A DNA stretch of 19,561 nucleotides from a virus (taxonomy: Duplodnaviria; Heunggongvirae; Uroviricota; Caudoviricetes): IMG/VR virus record IMGVR_UViG_2585427752_000010, one strand, 5' to 3'. The notes below the pieces were generated by a model. That model did not search any database, was not told the origin of the DNA, and saw only the letters and a list, made by a program, of their open reading frames with translations. Positions 1 to 7,128 of the stretch are shown in pieces; position 1 is the stretch's first letter; every line of letters begins with the position of its first letter. The position numbers were made by a program, and so were the translations under genes.

Positions 1-1260
1 ATGCCAAAACTCACAGATATGCAGATCCGCGCATGGATAAAGGCGGGAGACAGATTTGATGGCAAGGCAGACGGCAACGGCCTTTATATTTGCTACCCCA
101 AAAACTACACAGCCCCGTTCTGGCGATTCCGCTATAAGCTCGCAGGAAAGCAGCGGGCTATGGTTATAGGCTCTTACTCCGAACTGTCACTATCAAAAGC
201 CAGAGAAACAGCAAAAGAGCTGTCAGCCAGAGTTGCTCTTGGCTATGACGTAGCAGCAGAGAAACAGGAACGAAAAGCTGAAGCACTGGCAAAAATGGAG
301 GCTGAGAAAAACGCCATGCGTGTTTCAGATCTGGCCTCCGAATACTTCGAGCGCCAGATACTTCCGAGATGGAAACATCCCGATATCCTTCGCCGGAGAA
401 TTGATAAGGATATTAACCCCTGCATTGGGCATATGAAGGTAGAGGACGTTAAGCCACGCCACATTGACGACATGTTGAAAGGTATCGTTGACCGAGGAGC
501 ACCAACGATAGCAACAGATGTATTACGCTGGACACGCCGTATCTTTGACTACGGGATAAAACGCCACGCTCTGGAGATAAACCCTTGTTCAGCGTTTGAA
601 GTATCTGATGCTGGTGGTAAAGAGGTTTCCCGCGACCGTTGGCTAACTCGCGATGAGCTTATCAGGCTATTCGAGGCTATGCGCACCGCAAAAGGATTCA
701 GCCGCCAGAACGAACTGACATTTAAGCTATTGCTGGCACTATGCGTTCGTAAGATGGAGTTATGCGCCGCACGATGGGAAGAGTTTGATTTAGATGGTGC
801 GGTATGGCATTTGCCGGAAGAACGCAGCAAAAACGGAGACCCTATTGATATACCTCTACCTTCTCCAGCCGTTGAATGGTTGAGAGAGCTACACACCTTT
901 TCATGTAATAGCGCATGGGTGCTTCCAGCCAGGAAGATGCAAAACAGAATGATCCCACATATTCAGGAAAGCACTTTGCCCGTAGCACTGGCTAAGGTTC
1001 GCGCCGAAATGCCGGATGTGCCTAATTTCACGATTCACGACTTCCGACGCACCGCACGTACTCATTTAGCAGCGTTGGGTGTTGATCCTGTCGTGGCGGA
1101 ACGATGCCTCAATCATCGCATTAAGGGCGTAGAGGGGATTTATAACCGCCATCAGTATTTTGATGAGCGTAAAGCAGCACTGGCACAGTGGGCTGATCTG
1201 CTGGTGGCACTGGAAAGCGGAAAAGACTACAACGTAACGCCTCTCAGAAGGGCGAACTAA
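1..1260 (+). CDS. int: P4-family tyrosine integrase (site-specific recombinase)
   Basis: 419-aa ORF with N-terminal arm-binding-like region and C-terminal catalytic region containing HDFRRTARTHL (H-x-x-R) and a downstream Tyr (GIYNRHQY); overall layout typical of tRNA/tmRNA-targeting P4-like integrases. Gene begins at window position 1, so the att site and any target tRNA lie upstream, outside the window. Confidence 0.9.
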   Translation: MPKLTDMQIRAWIKAGDRFDGKADGNGLYICYPKNYTAPFWRFRYKLAGKQRAMVIGSYSELSLSKARETAKELSARVALGYDVAAEKQERKAEALAKMEAEKNAMRVSDLASEYFERQILPRWKHPDILRRRIDKDINPCIGHMKVEDVKPRHIDDMLKGIVDRGAPTIATDVLRWTRRIFDYGIKRHALEINPCSAFEVSDAGGKEVSRDRWLTRDELIRLFEAMRTAKGFSRQNELTFKLLLALCVRKMELCAARWEEFDLDGAVWHLPEERSKNGDPIDIPLPSPAVEWLRELHTFSCNSAWVLPARKMQNRMIPHIQESTLPVALAKVRAEMPDVPNFTIHDFRRTARTHLAALGVDPVVAERCLNHRIKGVEGIYNRHQYFDERKAALAQWADLLVALESGKDYNVTPLRRAN

Positions 1261-1355
1261 CTGAATAGATTGAGCCTAGCTCGACGGGGCGAAAAGCGGG
1301 AAGCCTTACCGCCTGGCTCAATCACAAAATAAGGCGCAGCGTAAAAGGTGACGCA

Positions 1356-2321
1356 ATGAACGACTCTCATGAAACAACGGTGGTGCATAGAAATTTATGG
1401 CAGGAATCAGGTATTCCACCTTTGGACTACTGCACGATAGAGCGAGCATCAAAATTATTAAATTGTGAAATTGATGATATATGGCATTGGAAAGATAGAC
1501 TACATATAGACTTTTATGTCTATGCTGACTTTCTTGATTTCATTGAATCTGATGCCACCATCCACTTCAAAAAAGATGCTAATTTTATAACTGATTTATT
1601 ACTTATGTACCCAGAAGAAGTAAGGTTTACATTTCCTTTTCTTATTACCAGCGCAAGCAACGAAGTTTATATCCCAGCATCTGAAAGCGGTGCTTATGAG
1701 CTATTTTATGCACATAAACCACTGACAGTTGAAGACAGCGACAATAAAAATGTTTTTGAACAAATTGGCAAAAACTCTTTTATCGTAAGAAAATCAATCG
1801 CATGTGGATTGTTGCGTGTATGCGGTAGAACAACACGACATTATCATTCACAAGAATGTGGAGAACCATATGTGCGACTTGAAGCAACATTTGATTGTGA
1901 TCTATATAAATTCAAAATGCAAAGTTCCCAAATTCACCTGAGTAGCCTGTCAGATAAAAACATTTATATAACAAAGGCTGATTTAGAATACCTTCATGAC
2001 GCAAAGGTTAATGGAAGTTTTGACGCAGCTAAGAGCAAAAAACGATACGAAATGGCGGTAGAACAGGAACTAATACCTGAAATAAAAAATAGCAACCATA
2101 ATGCCGAGAGACATGCTGAAAACAGGGAAAAACTTTTCAAATCTGCAATATATCTTTTGTCAAAGTATCCTGATGAATGCCGTGGCAAAAAGAAAGAAAT
2201 AAGCCCTGAGAAGTGGCGGGATTGCATAGTGGCTCATAAAGACGAAATTCCACCGTTAGCAATCACAAATGAAGATGTGATTTTGAGACACTTACGTGCT
2301 GCCGCCAACGGTAAGGGGTAG
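1356..2321 (+). CDS. hypothetical protein, AT-rich orphan gene between int and alpA
   Basis: 321-aa ORF, ATG at 1356 preceded by AAAAGGTGA RBS; markedly AT-richer than its neighbours; no motif recognisable by eye; followed by a terminator-like hairpin. Confidence 0.75.
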   Translation: MNDSHETTVVHRNLWQESGIPPLDYCTIERASKLLNCEIDDIWHWKDRLHIDFYVYADFLDFIESDATIHFKKDANFITDLLLMYPEEVRFTFPFLITSASNEVYIPASESGAYELFYAHKPLTVEDSDNKNVFEQIGKNSFIVRKSIACGLLRVCGRTTRHYHSQECGEPYVRLEATFDCDLYKFKMQSSQIHLSSLSDKNIYITKADLEYLHDAKVNGSFDAAKSKKRYEMAVEQELIPEIKNSNHNAERHAENREKLFKSAIYLLSKYPDECRGKKKEISPEKWRDCIVAHKDEIPPLAITNEDVILRHLRAAANGKG

Positions 2322-2337
2322 AGTAGCTAACTATTCA

Positions 2338-2366
2338 GGCACAGTATCATTACTGCGCCTTTTTAT
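2338..2366 (+). terminator. putative intrinsic terminator after the 321-aa gene
   Basis: GGCACAG / CTGCGCC imperfect stem (6 of 7 pairs), 8-nt loop, followed by TTTTTATT. Confidence 0.4.
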
Positions 2367-2386
2367 TGTTCATATATGTACAGATA

Positions 2387-2435
2387 CTTCCTCCCGTAAC
2401 GAAGCAACAACTATCGCTAAGAGGTTACGGGAAGC
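2387..2435 (+). promoter_or_regulatory. inverted repeat overlapping the alpA ribosome-binding site
   Basis: CTTCCTCCCGTAAC (2387-2400) and GTTACGGGAAG (2425-2435) are near-perfect inverted complements separated by ~24 nt; the right arm ends immediately before the alpA ATG. Confidence 0.3.
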
Positions 2436-2639
2436 ATGAACACCGACACTATTCCTACAAAAGGCTATATCAGACGCTTCCGCCTGGCTGAATTGCTGGG
2501 CGTTAGTGTATCCACCATCGACCGTAAAGTAAGAAACGGTTCACTACCACGTCCGGTAAAGCTGGGAGAAAAAATAACTGCGTTTGATGCGGTTGAGATT
2601 CACAACTGGCTGGCAGAACGCCGCGGGAAGGTGGCCTGA
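2436..2639 (+). CDS. alpA: AlpA-family helix-turn-helix regulator / excisionase-like protein
   Basis: 67 aa; HTH segment LAELLGVSVSTIDRKVRNGSLPRPVKLG...W matches the AlpA/prophage regulatory protein pattern; stop overlaps the next start (TGATG). Confidence 0.8.
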   Translation: MNTDTIPTKGYIRRFRLAELLGVSVSTIDRKVRNGSLPRPVKLGEKITAFDAVEIHNWLAERRGKVA

Positions 2640-3070
2640 TGGAAAAGAAAAACCGCCCATTACAGGCGGCTAATTCAGATATTCGCGTATCTGATGTTAC
2701 GCCCCTGACAAAATCCCTTCAAGCACCAAAGCGCACACCGAAAAAGCATCGTGCCAGAGTCTATATGCTGCGTACTGGTATAGAGGGATGGACAGAAAAT
2801 GACATTCTTCGCTACTGCCGTCTGTCTTCTGGTCGTAACTATGCAACAGAGTTAGAACGCCAGCTTGGAATCACTCTGGAGCGTATCGACGAAAAGAATC
2901 CTGATGGTATCGGAACACACCTTCGCTACCGTTTCTCCTGCCGTGGTGATGTTCTGAAAGTGATCACTCATATTAACCATCTTGCGAACATAAATGATCA
3001 CAACGGACTTTCTCAGCAGGAAATTGCCGACATTCTGAAACTCTACCCGGACGCGTTTAACGCCGCCTAA
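2639..3070 (+). CDS. hypothetical protein
   Basis: 143-aa ORF translationally coupled to alpA; basic N-terminus; no recognisable motif. Confidence 0.7.
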   Translation: MEKKNRPLQAANSDIRVSDVTPLTKSLQAPKRTPKKHRARVYMLRTGIEGWTENDILRYCRLSSGRNYATELERQLGITLERIDEKNPDGIGTHLRYRFSCRGDVLKVITHINHLANINDHNGLSQQEIADILKLYPDAFNAA

Positions 3071-3082
3071 CGGAGACTGAAA

Positions 3083-3916
3083 ATGAACATCGAAAAAAGC
3101 AGATTAATTTCTGAGGCTGCCCCTCATCTGAACGCCTCTCTGAGCACAATTAACGGTAATGAATTTGCCGCAATTGTCCCGGTTATTCCTGGTCATATCG
3201 GTGGGCGTGAAACCAATATTGTTAGCGCAAAAGCGTTACACAAAGCGTTGGGCGTGGGAAAAGACTTCTCTACATGGATCACTGATCGCATCTCTGAATA
3301 TGACTTCACCATTGGGCACGATTACTCAGTCCATAAAACAATTTCCCCAAATTTGGGGAAAAGCCCGAATGGCGCGGCTTACAGCAAGATAAAGCACTCT
3401 GGCAGACCCGGCAAAGACTATCTGTTAAGTGTCGGAATGGCGAAAGAACTGGCAATGATCGAACGCAATGATCAGGGTCGCGCTATCCGCCGTTATTTCA
3501 TCCAGTGCGAGGAAGAATTACAGCGTAGCGTGCCTGAAATCGCCGCCCGCTATCGTCGCCAGCTAAAAGCCCGTCTCAGTGCCGCAAACAACTTTAAGCC
3601 AATGTGCGATGCGCTGAATATGGCCCGTGCCGAGATGGGTAAAACGACGCAGCAACACCACTACACAAACGAGAGCAATATGATTTCTCGTATCGTTCTT
3701 GGTGGGCTAACTGCTAAGCAGTGGGCGCGGATAAATGGCTATTCTGGCGAACCTCGCGACCATATGAACGCAGAACAGCTTGAGCACCTCTCATATCTCG
3801 AAAGCACCAATATCACGTTAATTGATATGGGCATGGAATATGAGCAGCGCAAAGGAGACCTCCCCCGCCTGTCGCAACGCTGGCTCGCCAAGCGTCTGGA
3901 GGTGGTCAATGTCTAA
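3083..3916 (+). CDS. phage antirepressor-like protein (Ant/KilAC-type, tentative)
   Basis: 277 aa; GGAG RBS 7 nt upstream; segment AKALHKALGVGKDFSTWITDRI resembles antirepressor N-terminal domains; assignment is from recall, not a search. Confidence 0.6.
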   Translation: MNIEKSRLISEAAPHLNASLSTINGNEFAAIVPVIPGHIGGRETNIVSAKALHKALGVGKDFSTWITDRISEYDFTIGHDYSVHKTISPNLGKSPNGAAYSKIKHSGRPGKDYLLSVGMAKELAMIERNDQGRAIRRYFIQCEEELQRSVPEIAARYRRQLKARLSAANNFKPMCDALNMARAEMGKTTQQHHYTNESNMISRIVLGGLTAKQWARINGYSGEPRDHMNAEQLEHLSYLESTNITLIDMGMEYEQRKGDLPRLSQRWLAKRLEVVNV

Positions 3917-4091
3917 GCCAACAGGAACACCACAACCACAAAAACGCTACAAAGATGCCCACGGAGCACTCGTTACTGTCGAAAGCGTGTCTCACAACCG
4001 AGTGACGTTTTATCGCGACGGGTATCAATCGCCATGCGTACAACCGCTGGCGCGTTTCATGAAGGAGTTCGCGGAGGTTAACAAATGCTAA
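3909..4091 (+). CDS. small hypothetical protein (60 aa)
   Basis: ATG at 3909 overlaps the stop of the upstream gene; sequence MSKPTGTPQPQKRYKDAHGALVTVESVSHNRVTFYRDGYQSPCVQP... looks protein-like. The ORF track's 3822 start lies inside the upstream gene and was not used. Confidence 0.5.
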   Translation: MSKPTGTPQPQKRYKDAHGALVTVESVSHNRVTFYRDGYQSPCVQPLARFMKEFAEVNKC

Positions 4092-4522
4092 CCGTCCAGA
4101 AGAAGACATTTTCACTGGCTGGTATGTCGCCAAAATCCAGCAATATGACGGCAAAGTCAGGCATTAATACAGCAGATACAAGCAAAGTTTATCATTTGCT
4201 GGTGGTCGGAACGGATGCCTTAACCATATCAGAAATCTCGGGCGATGATATTAGCATTGAGAAGGTCAGCGGCTGCGCCAGAGAATTTCTGGTCGTAGAT
4301 GACCTGTTCTGCTCGCGTAGTGACTCCACAAAAACATTCGTCCACGCGCGTGACGTTAACGAAATGAGCGCGATGTACTGTGCTTCTGGTTCTTCCAATA
4401 GTGAGTTTTCGGAGTCCATAAAAAAGAGCTTGCCGTTATGCGGCAACACGGTTTATGGTTATAAGGCACCTCATAAAACGGGTGCCGGGTTTCGCAGCCC
4501 GGAAATGTACGAGGCGACACAT

Positions 4523-4544
4523 GACGCGCCGAGCGTCTTTTTTT
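4523..4544 (+). terminator. putative intrinsic terminator inside the ambiguous 4085-4746 region
   Basis: GACGC-gccga-GCGTC hairpin followed by TTTTTTT. Confidence 0.35.
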
Positions 4545-4746
4545 GTGCCGTTAGCCAGACTCACACTTTTTTCAGTGATGTGGTTATAATCCGCGTCGCT
4601 TGCAAAATTATGGTGGGCTGGACAGGGCAGCCGAAAGGCTGGCCGGTTTCCTTGTACGCCGGTACTGCGAACTCTGTTCAGTCCACCACCAGCGAGTTTC
4701 GCAGCTCCGGTGGTGGGAAGAATTCCCAGTACAAGGAGGCTGCCAC

Positions 4747-4941
4747 ATGCTGGCTACTACCCCTACCCAAAAACCGCAATTTATCTGGATTATCGCCGCA
4801 GTTCGCCGCGATTGCCCGACAATTACCGCCAAAATTCATCATATTGCTGCCGAGTCTGAACGCGATGCTCGCCGTTCTCTGGTGCGCGATCACGTCTGCT
4901 TTTTTGCTGGTCGTATCCGCATGGAGGTGGCACATGATTAA
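4747..4941 (+). CDS. small hypothetical protein (64 aa)
   Basis: ATG at 4747 preceded by AGGAGG with 7-nt spacing; product MLATTPTQKPQFIWIIAAVRRD... is charged and protein-like; stop overlaps the next start. Confidence 0.5.
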   Translation: MLATTPTQKPQFIWIIAAVRRDCPTITAKIHHIAAESERDARRSLVRDHVCFFAGRIRMEVAHD

Positions 4942-5152
4942 AACCTACGATGTGCATATGGATCCCCTCGAACGCACAAGCCAGATCATCACACTGACAG
5001 AAGTGATTAATGACATTCTGGTGAGCAACTCTCCCTCACGAGACGAAAAACTGAAGGCGTTACTCGCGATATTGGATCTCGCCGTTCGTGACGTTCATTT
5101 CCTGCTGGAAGGTGGACAAATGCCATGCAAAACGGGGGCAACCAATGAATAA
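4934..5152 (+). CDS. small hypothetical protein (72 aa)
   Basis: ATG at 4934 preceded by GGAGG; product MIKTYDVHMDPLERTSQIITLTEV... is protein-like; it is the in-frame 3' portion of the long 4085..5152 ORF. Confidence 0.55.
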   Translation: MIKTYDVHMDPLERTSQIITLTEVINDILVSNSPSRDEKLKALLAILDLAVRDVHFLLEGGQMPCKTGATNE

Positions 5153-5339
5153 CTCAATTAATGCCCCTCGCCTTACGTCCGCACTTCAATTAATCGAGCA
5201 AGCAGCGGCTGTCCTGGTTGCTGTCAGTCTTTCGGCTGAAGAAATGGACGCTGCTGATGTCGTGGATGCGATTAAAGCGTGCTCATCTTTGGTTAACGAT
5301 GCCCGTGCAGAGCTGGTAATTCTTGGTGGTGAAAAATGA
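5145..5339 (+). CDS. small hypothetical protein (64 aa)
   Basis: ATG at 5145 in frame within the 5088 ORF; overlaps the upstream stop; downstream stop overlaps the next start (ATGA). Confidence 0.5.
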   Translation: MNNSINAPRLTSALQLIEQAAAVLVAVSLSAEEMDAADVVDAIKACSSLVNDARAELVILGGEK

Positions 5340-5599
5340 ATATCAACTTAATTTATCGTCATCCGTGTGAGCTGGAAATTGAATCATTGCTGGGGCGCGA
5401 AGAGCCATATCCAGACACATTCACTCCCGCAGATTGCGCGACTGAACGGCTTACCAGAGCGCGCACAGGTCTGGTTCATGTGATGAATGAGATTGTTCCC
5501 TCGGTGGGAGGGGAACAGGCGACAGTAATCAATAGCTGGCTACAAAAAGTTACCTCCCTGATAGATATCGGTTTAATCGATGTGGAGAGTGCGAAATGA
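5336..5599 (+). CDS. small hypothetical protein (87 aa)
   Basis: ORF with ATGA start/stop overlap on both sides, indicating translational coupling in an operon. Confidence 0.65.
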   Translation: MNINLIYRHPCELEIESLLGREEPYPDTFTPADCATERLTRARTGLVHVMNEIVPSVGGEQATVINSWLQKVTSLIDIGLIDVESAK

Positions 5600-5817
5600 C
5601 CAACATCCAGCTCATTGAAGCGCAATGTCGCATCGAACAGGTTCAGACTGTTTTAGGGTTCTGGCTTGAAGGGGCCAGCCCCAGCAACAGAGACAAGTTA
5701 ATGATTGGCGCGGTTATGTCACTGCTCAATGGCGTACCAGAAGCTATTCAGGAAGCGGACGAATTGTTGGGCAAATATGAGTTACAGAATCATTCAGGCG
5801 AGGCGAAACATGAATAA
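5596..5817 (+). CDS. small hypothetical protein (73 aa)
   Basis: ORF coupled to its neighbours by overlapping stop/start codons. Confidence 0.65.
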   Translation: MTNIQLIEAQCRIEQVQTVLGFWLEGASPSNRDKLMIGAVMSLLNGVPEAIQEADELLGKYELQNHSGEAKHE

Positions 5818-6412
5818 TTTCTTAACTTTCCATGCAGAAGCAACGCCTGACGGCGTAAACATCATGTACCGCAGCAACGATGGCATGACAGAACGCGTTG
5901 AGGCCATCTCATATATTGATGCCGTAAATCGTCTGGATGCCGGGGATTATGACGATAAACCAGATGAAGGTATGTCAATACATCTCGCTATTGCCGATGG
6001 CGGCAACCAGGGATATTTCGATTACACATCACAGCATAACGTCATTATGTGGAGATGGCTGATCGCAACAGTATTCATGCTGGAAATGAGAGAGGAAAAC
6101 GGCACTGTCAGCATCATTGATGATACTGGCAATCCTTCCGAAGTGGCTGTTTATTCCAACGGCATCGTCGCCATGCCGCTGTATCCAGTAGCAGAGCGCC
6201 TCGCTATGGCAAACAACATTGAGGGCGCGATGATAGAACGTTTTGGCATCGAGTCTGGCACAGAACGCGCCATCATTTTCTACAGAGCCATGATGGATGT
6301 GGAACAAGGAGCACTGACTCCATTTGGGCGTGAAACGCTTGCTGAACTTCACAACAGCTTTATAGCTGAACTGAATGAAAACGGCATGCCAGCGGAACCA
6401 GTGACGCACTGA
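5810..6412 (+). CDS. hypothetical protein (200 aa)
   Basis: ATG at 5810 overlaps the upstream stop; acidic product MNNFLTFHAEATPDGVNIMY...; the ORF track's earlier 5705 start would overlap the upstream gene extensively. Confidence 0.7.
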   Translation: MNNFLTFHAEATPDGVNIMYRSNDGMTERVEAISYIDAVNRLDAGDYDDKPDEGMSIHLAIADGGNQGYFDYTSQHNVIMWRWLIATVFMLEMREENGTVSIIDDTGNPSEVAVYSNGIVAMPLYPVAERLAMANNIEGAMIERFGIESGTERAIIFYRAMMDVEQGALTPFGRETLAELHNSFIAELNENGMPAEPVTH

Positions 6413-6422
6413 GGATGGAGCC

Positions 6423-6764
6423 ATGATTACTAAAAATTTCCGACTGAATGCGCTGGCAAATAAGTATGCGTCGGCACTGTATAACCACATTACCTCCACC
6501 AGCGGCGGGGACTATTTCATGGTTGATGCGGACGGCGAGGCCGTCCGTGTGGAAATCGTCAATGGAGTAAAAGGCGTTCGCAGCCTGATCGATAGCTACA
6601 CACTGGCAGCCATGAAAGTGTTCTACCCGCAGTGGGAAACCGTGGGGATCGAGCTTCTTGAACGTTGCGTCACTAAGGACGGATTGACTGACGTCGGGCG
6701 TGAGATATGGCAAAGCATGGTTAATGACATGGGCGCAACTGTAGCGGGAGGTTCTCATGCGTGA
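6423..6764 (+). CDS. hypothetical protein (113 aa)
   Basis: ATG at 6423 with GAGGA RBS; stop overlaps the next start. Confidence 0.7.
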   Translation: MITKNFRLNALANKYASALYNHITSTSGGDYFMVDADGEAVRVEIVNGVKGVRSLIDSYTLAAMKVFYPQWETVGIELLERCVTKDGLTDVGREIWQSMVNDMGATVAGGSHA

Positions 6765-7128
6765 AAATGCAGAAATGGCGCTTAGCTCCGCAATCGGAGA
6801 GCAGGTGGCAAAGATTGCTGGTGCTGTGTGGATTCATAACCTTCATTCTACTGGTGAAGAGAAAATGGCAATTCAGACGCCAGAGGGACGCACCATTACT
6901 ACATCTCTGAAGCCGTCAGATGTTTGTGATCTGATTTGCGCATTCATGTACCCAGCAATGAGGACTGTCCACGGCGATAAGTGGAAACTTGCGACAACCG
7001 CTGAATTTGATATGTGGCTAAACAATGATGGCATGCTGACTGATTACGGAATAACCAAGTGGCAGATGCTGGTTAGCCATATCGCAAACGCTATAGACCA
7101 CGTGGGGTACGGTGATGCGAAACATTGA
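6757..7128 (+). CDS. hypothetical protein (123 aa)
   Basis: ATG at 6757 with GGAGG RBS; 3' end overlaps the primase start. Confidence 0.7.
   Translation: MRENAEMALSSAIGEQVAKIAGAVWIHNLHSTGEEKMAIQTPEGRTITTSLKPSDVCDLICAFMYPAMRTVHGDKWKLATTAEFDMWLNNDGMLTDYGITKWQMLVSHIANAIDHVGYGDAKH

Noticed and set aside
243-896. Minus-strand ORFs 243..473 and 549..896 inside the integrase gene
   Set aside because: They lie entirely within a well-supported + strand gene and have low-complexity Ser/Arg-rich translations typical of antisense shadow ORFs. The same reasoning applies to the other nested ORFs in the track, for example 1994..2227, 7325..7510, 7952..8155, 8405..8943 and 14036..15781.
3159-3392. 77-aa + strand ORF nested in the antirepressor-like gene
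   Set aside because: Alternative frame inside a longer, better-supported ORF; no independent RBS.
4085-5152. Single 355-aa protein as given by the ORF track
   Set aside because: Not adopted as a feature: the 3' part is better explained by a separate RBS-led 72-aa gene, the middle contains a terminator, a TATAAT element and an RBS-led gene in another frame, and the central translation is low-complexity. The frame conservation remains unexplained and is kept as a finding.
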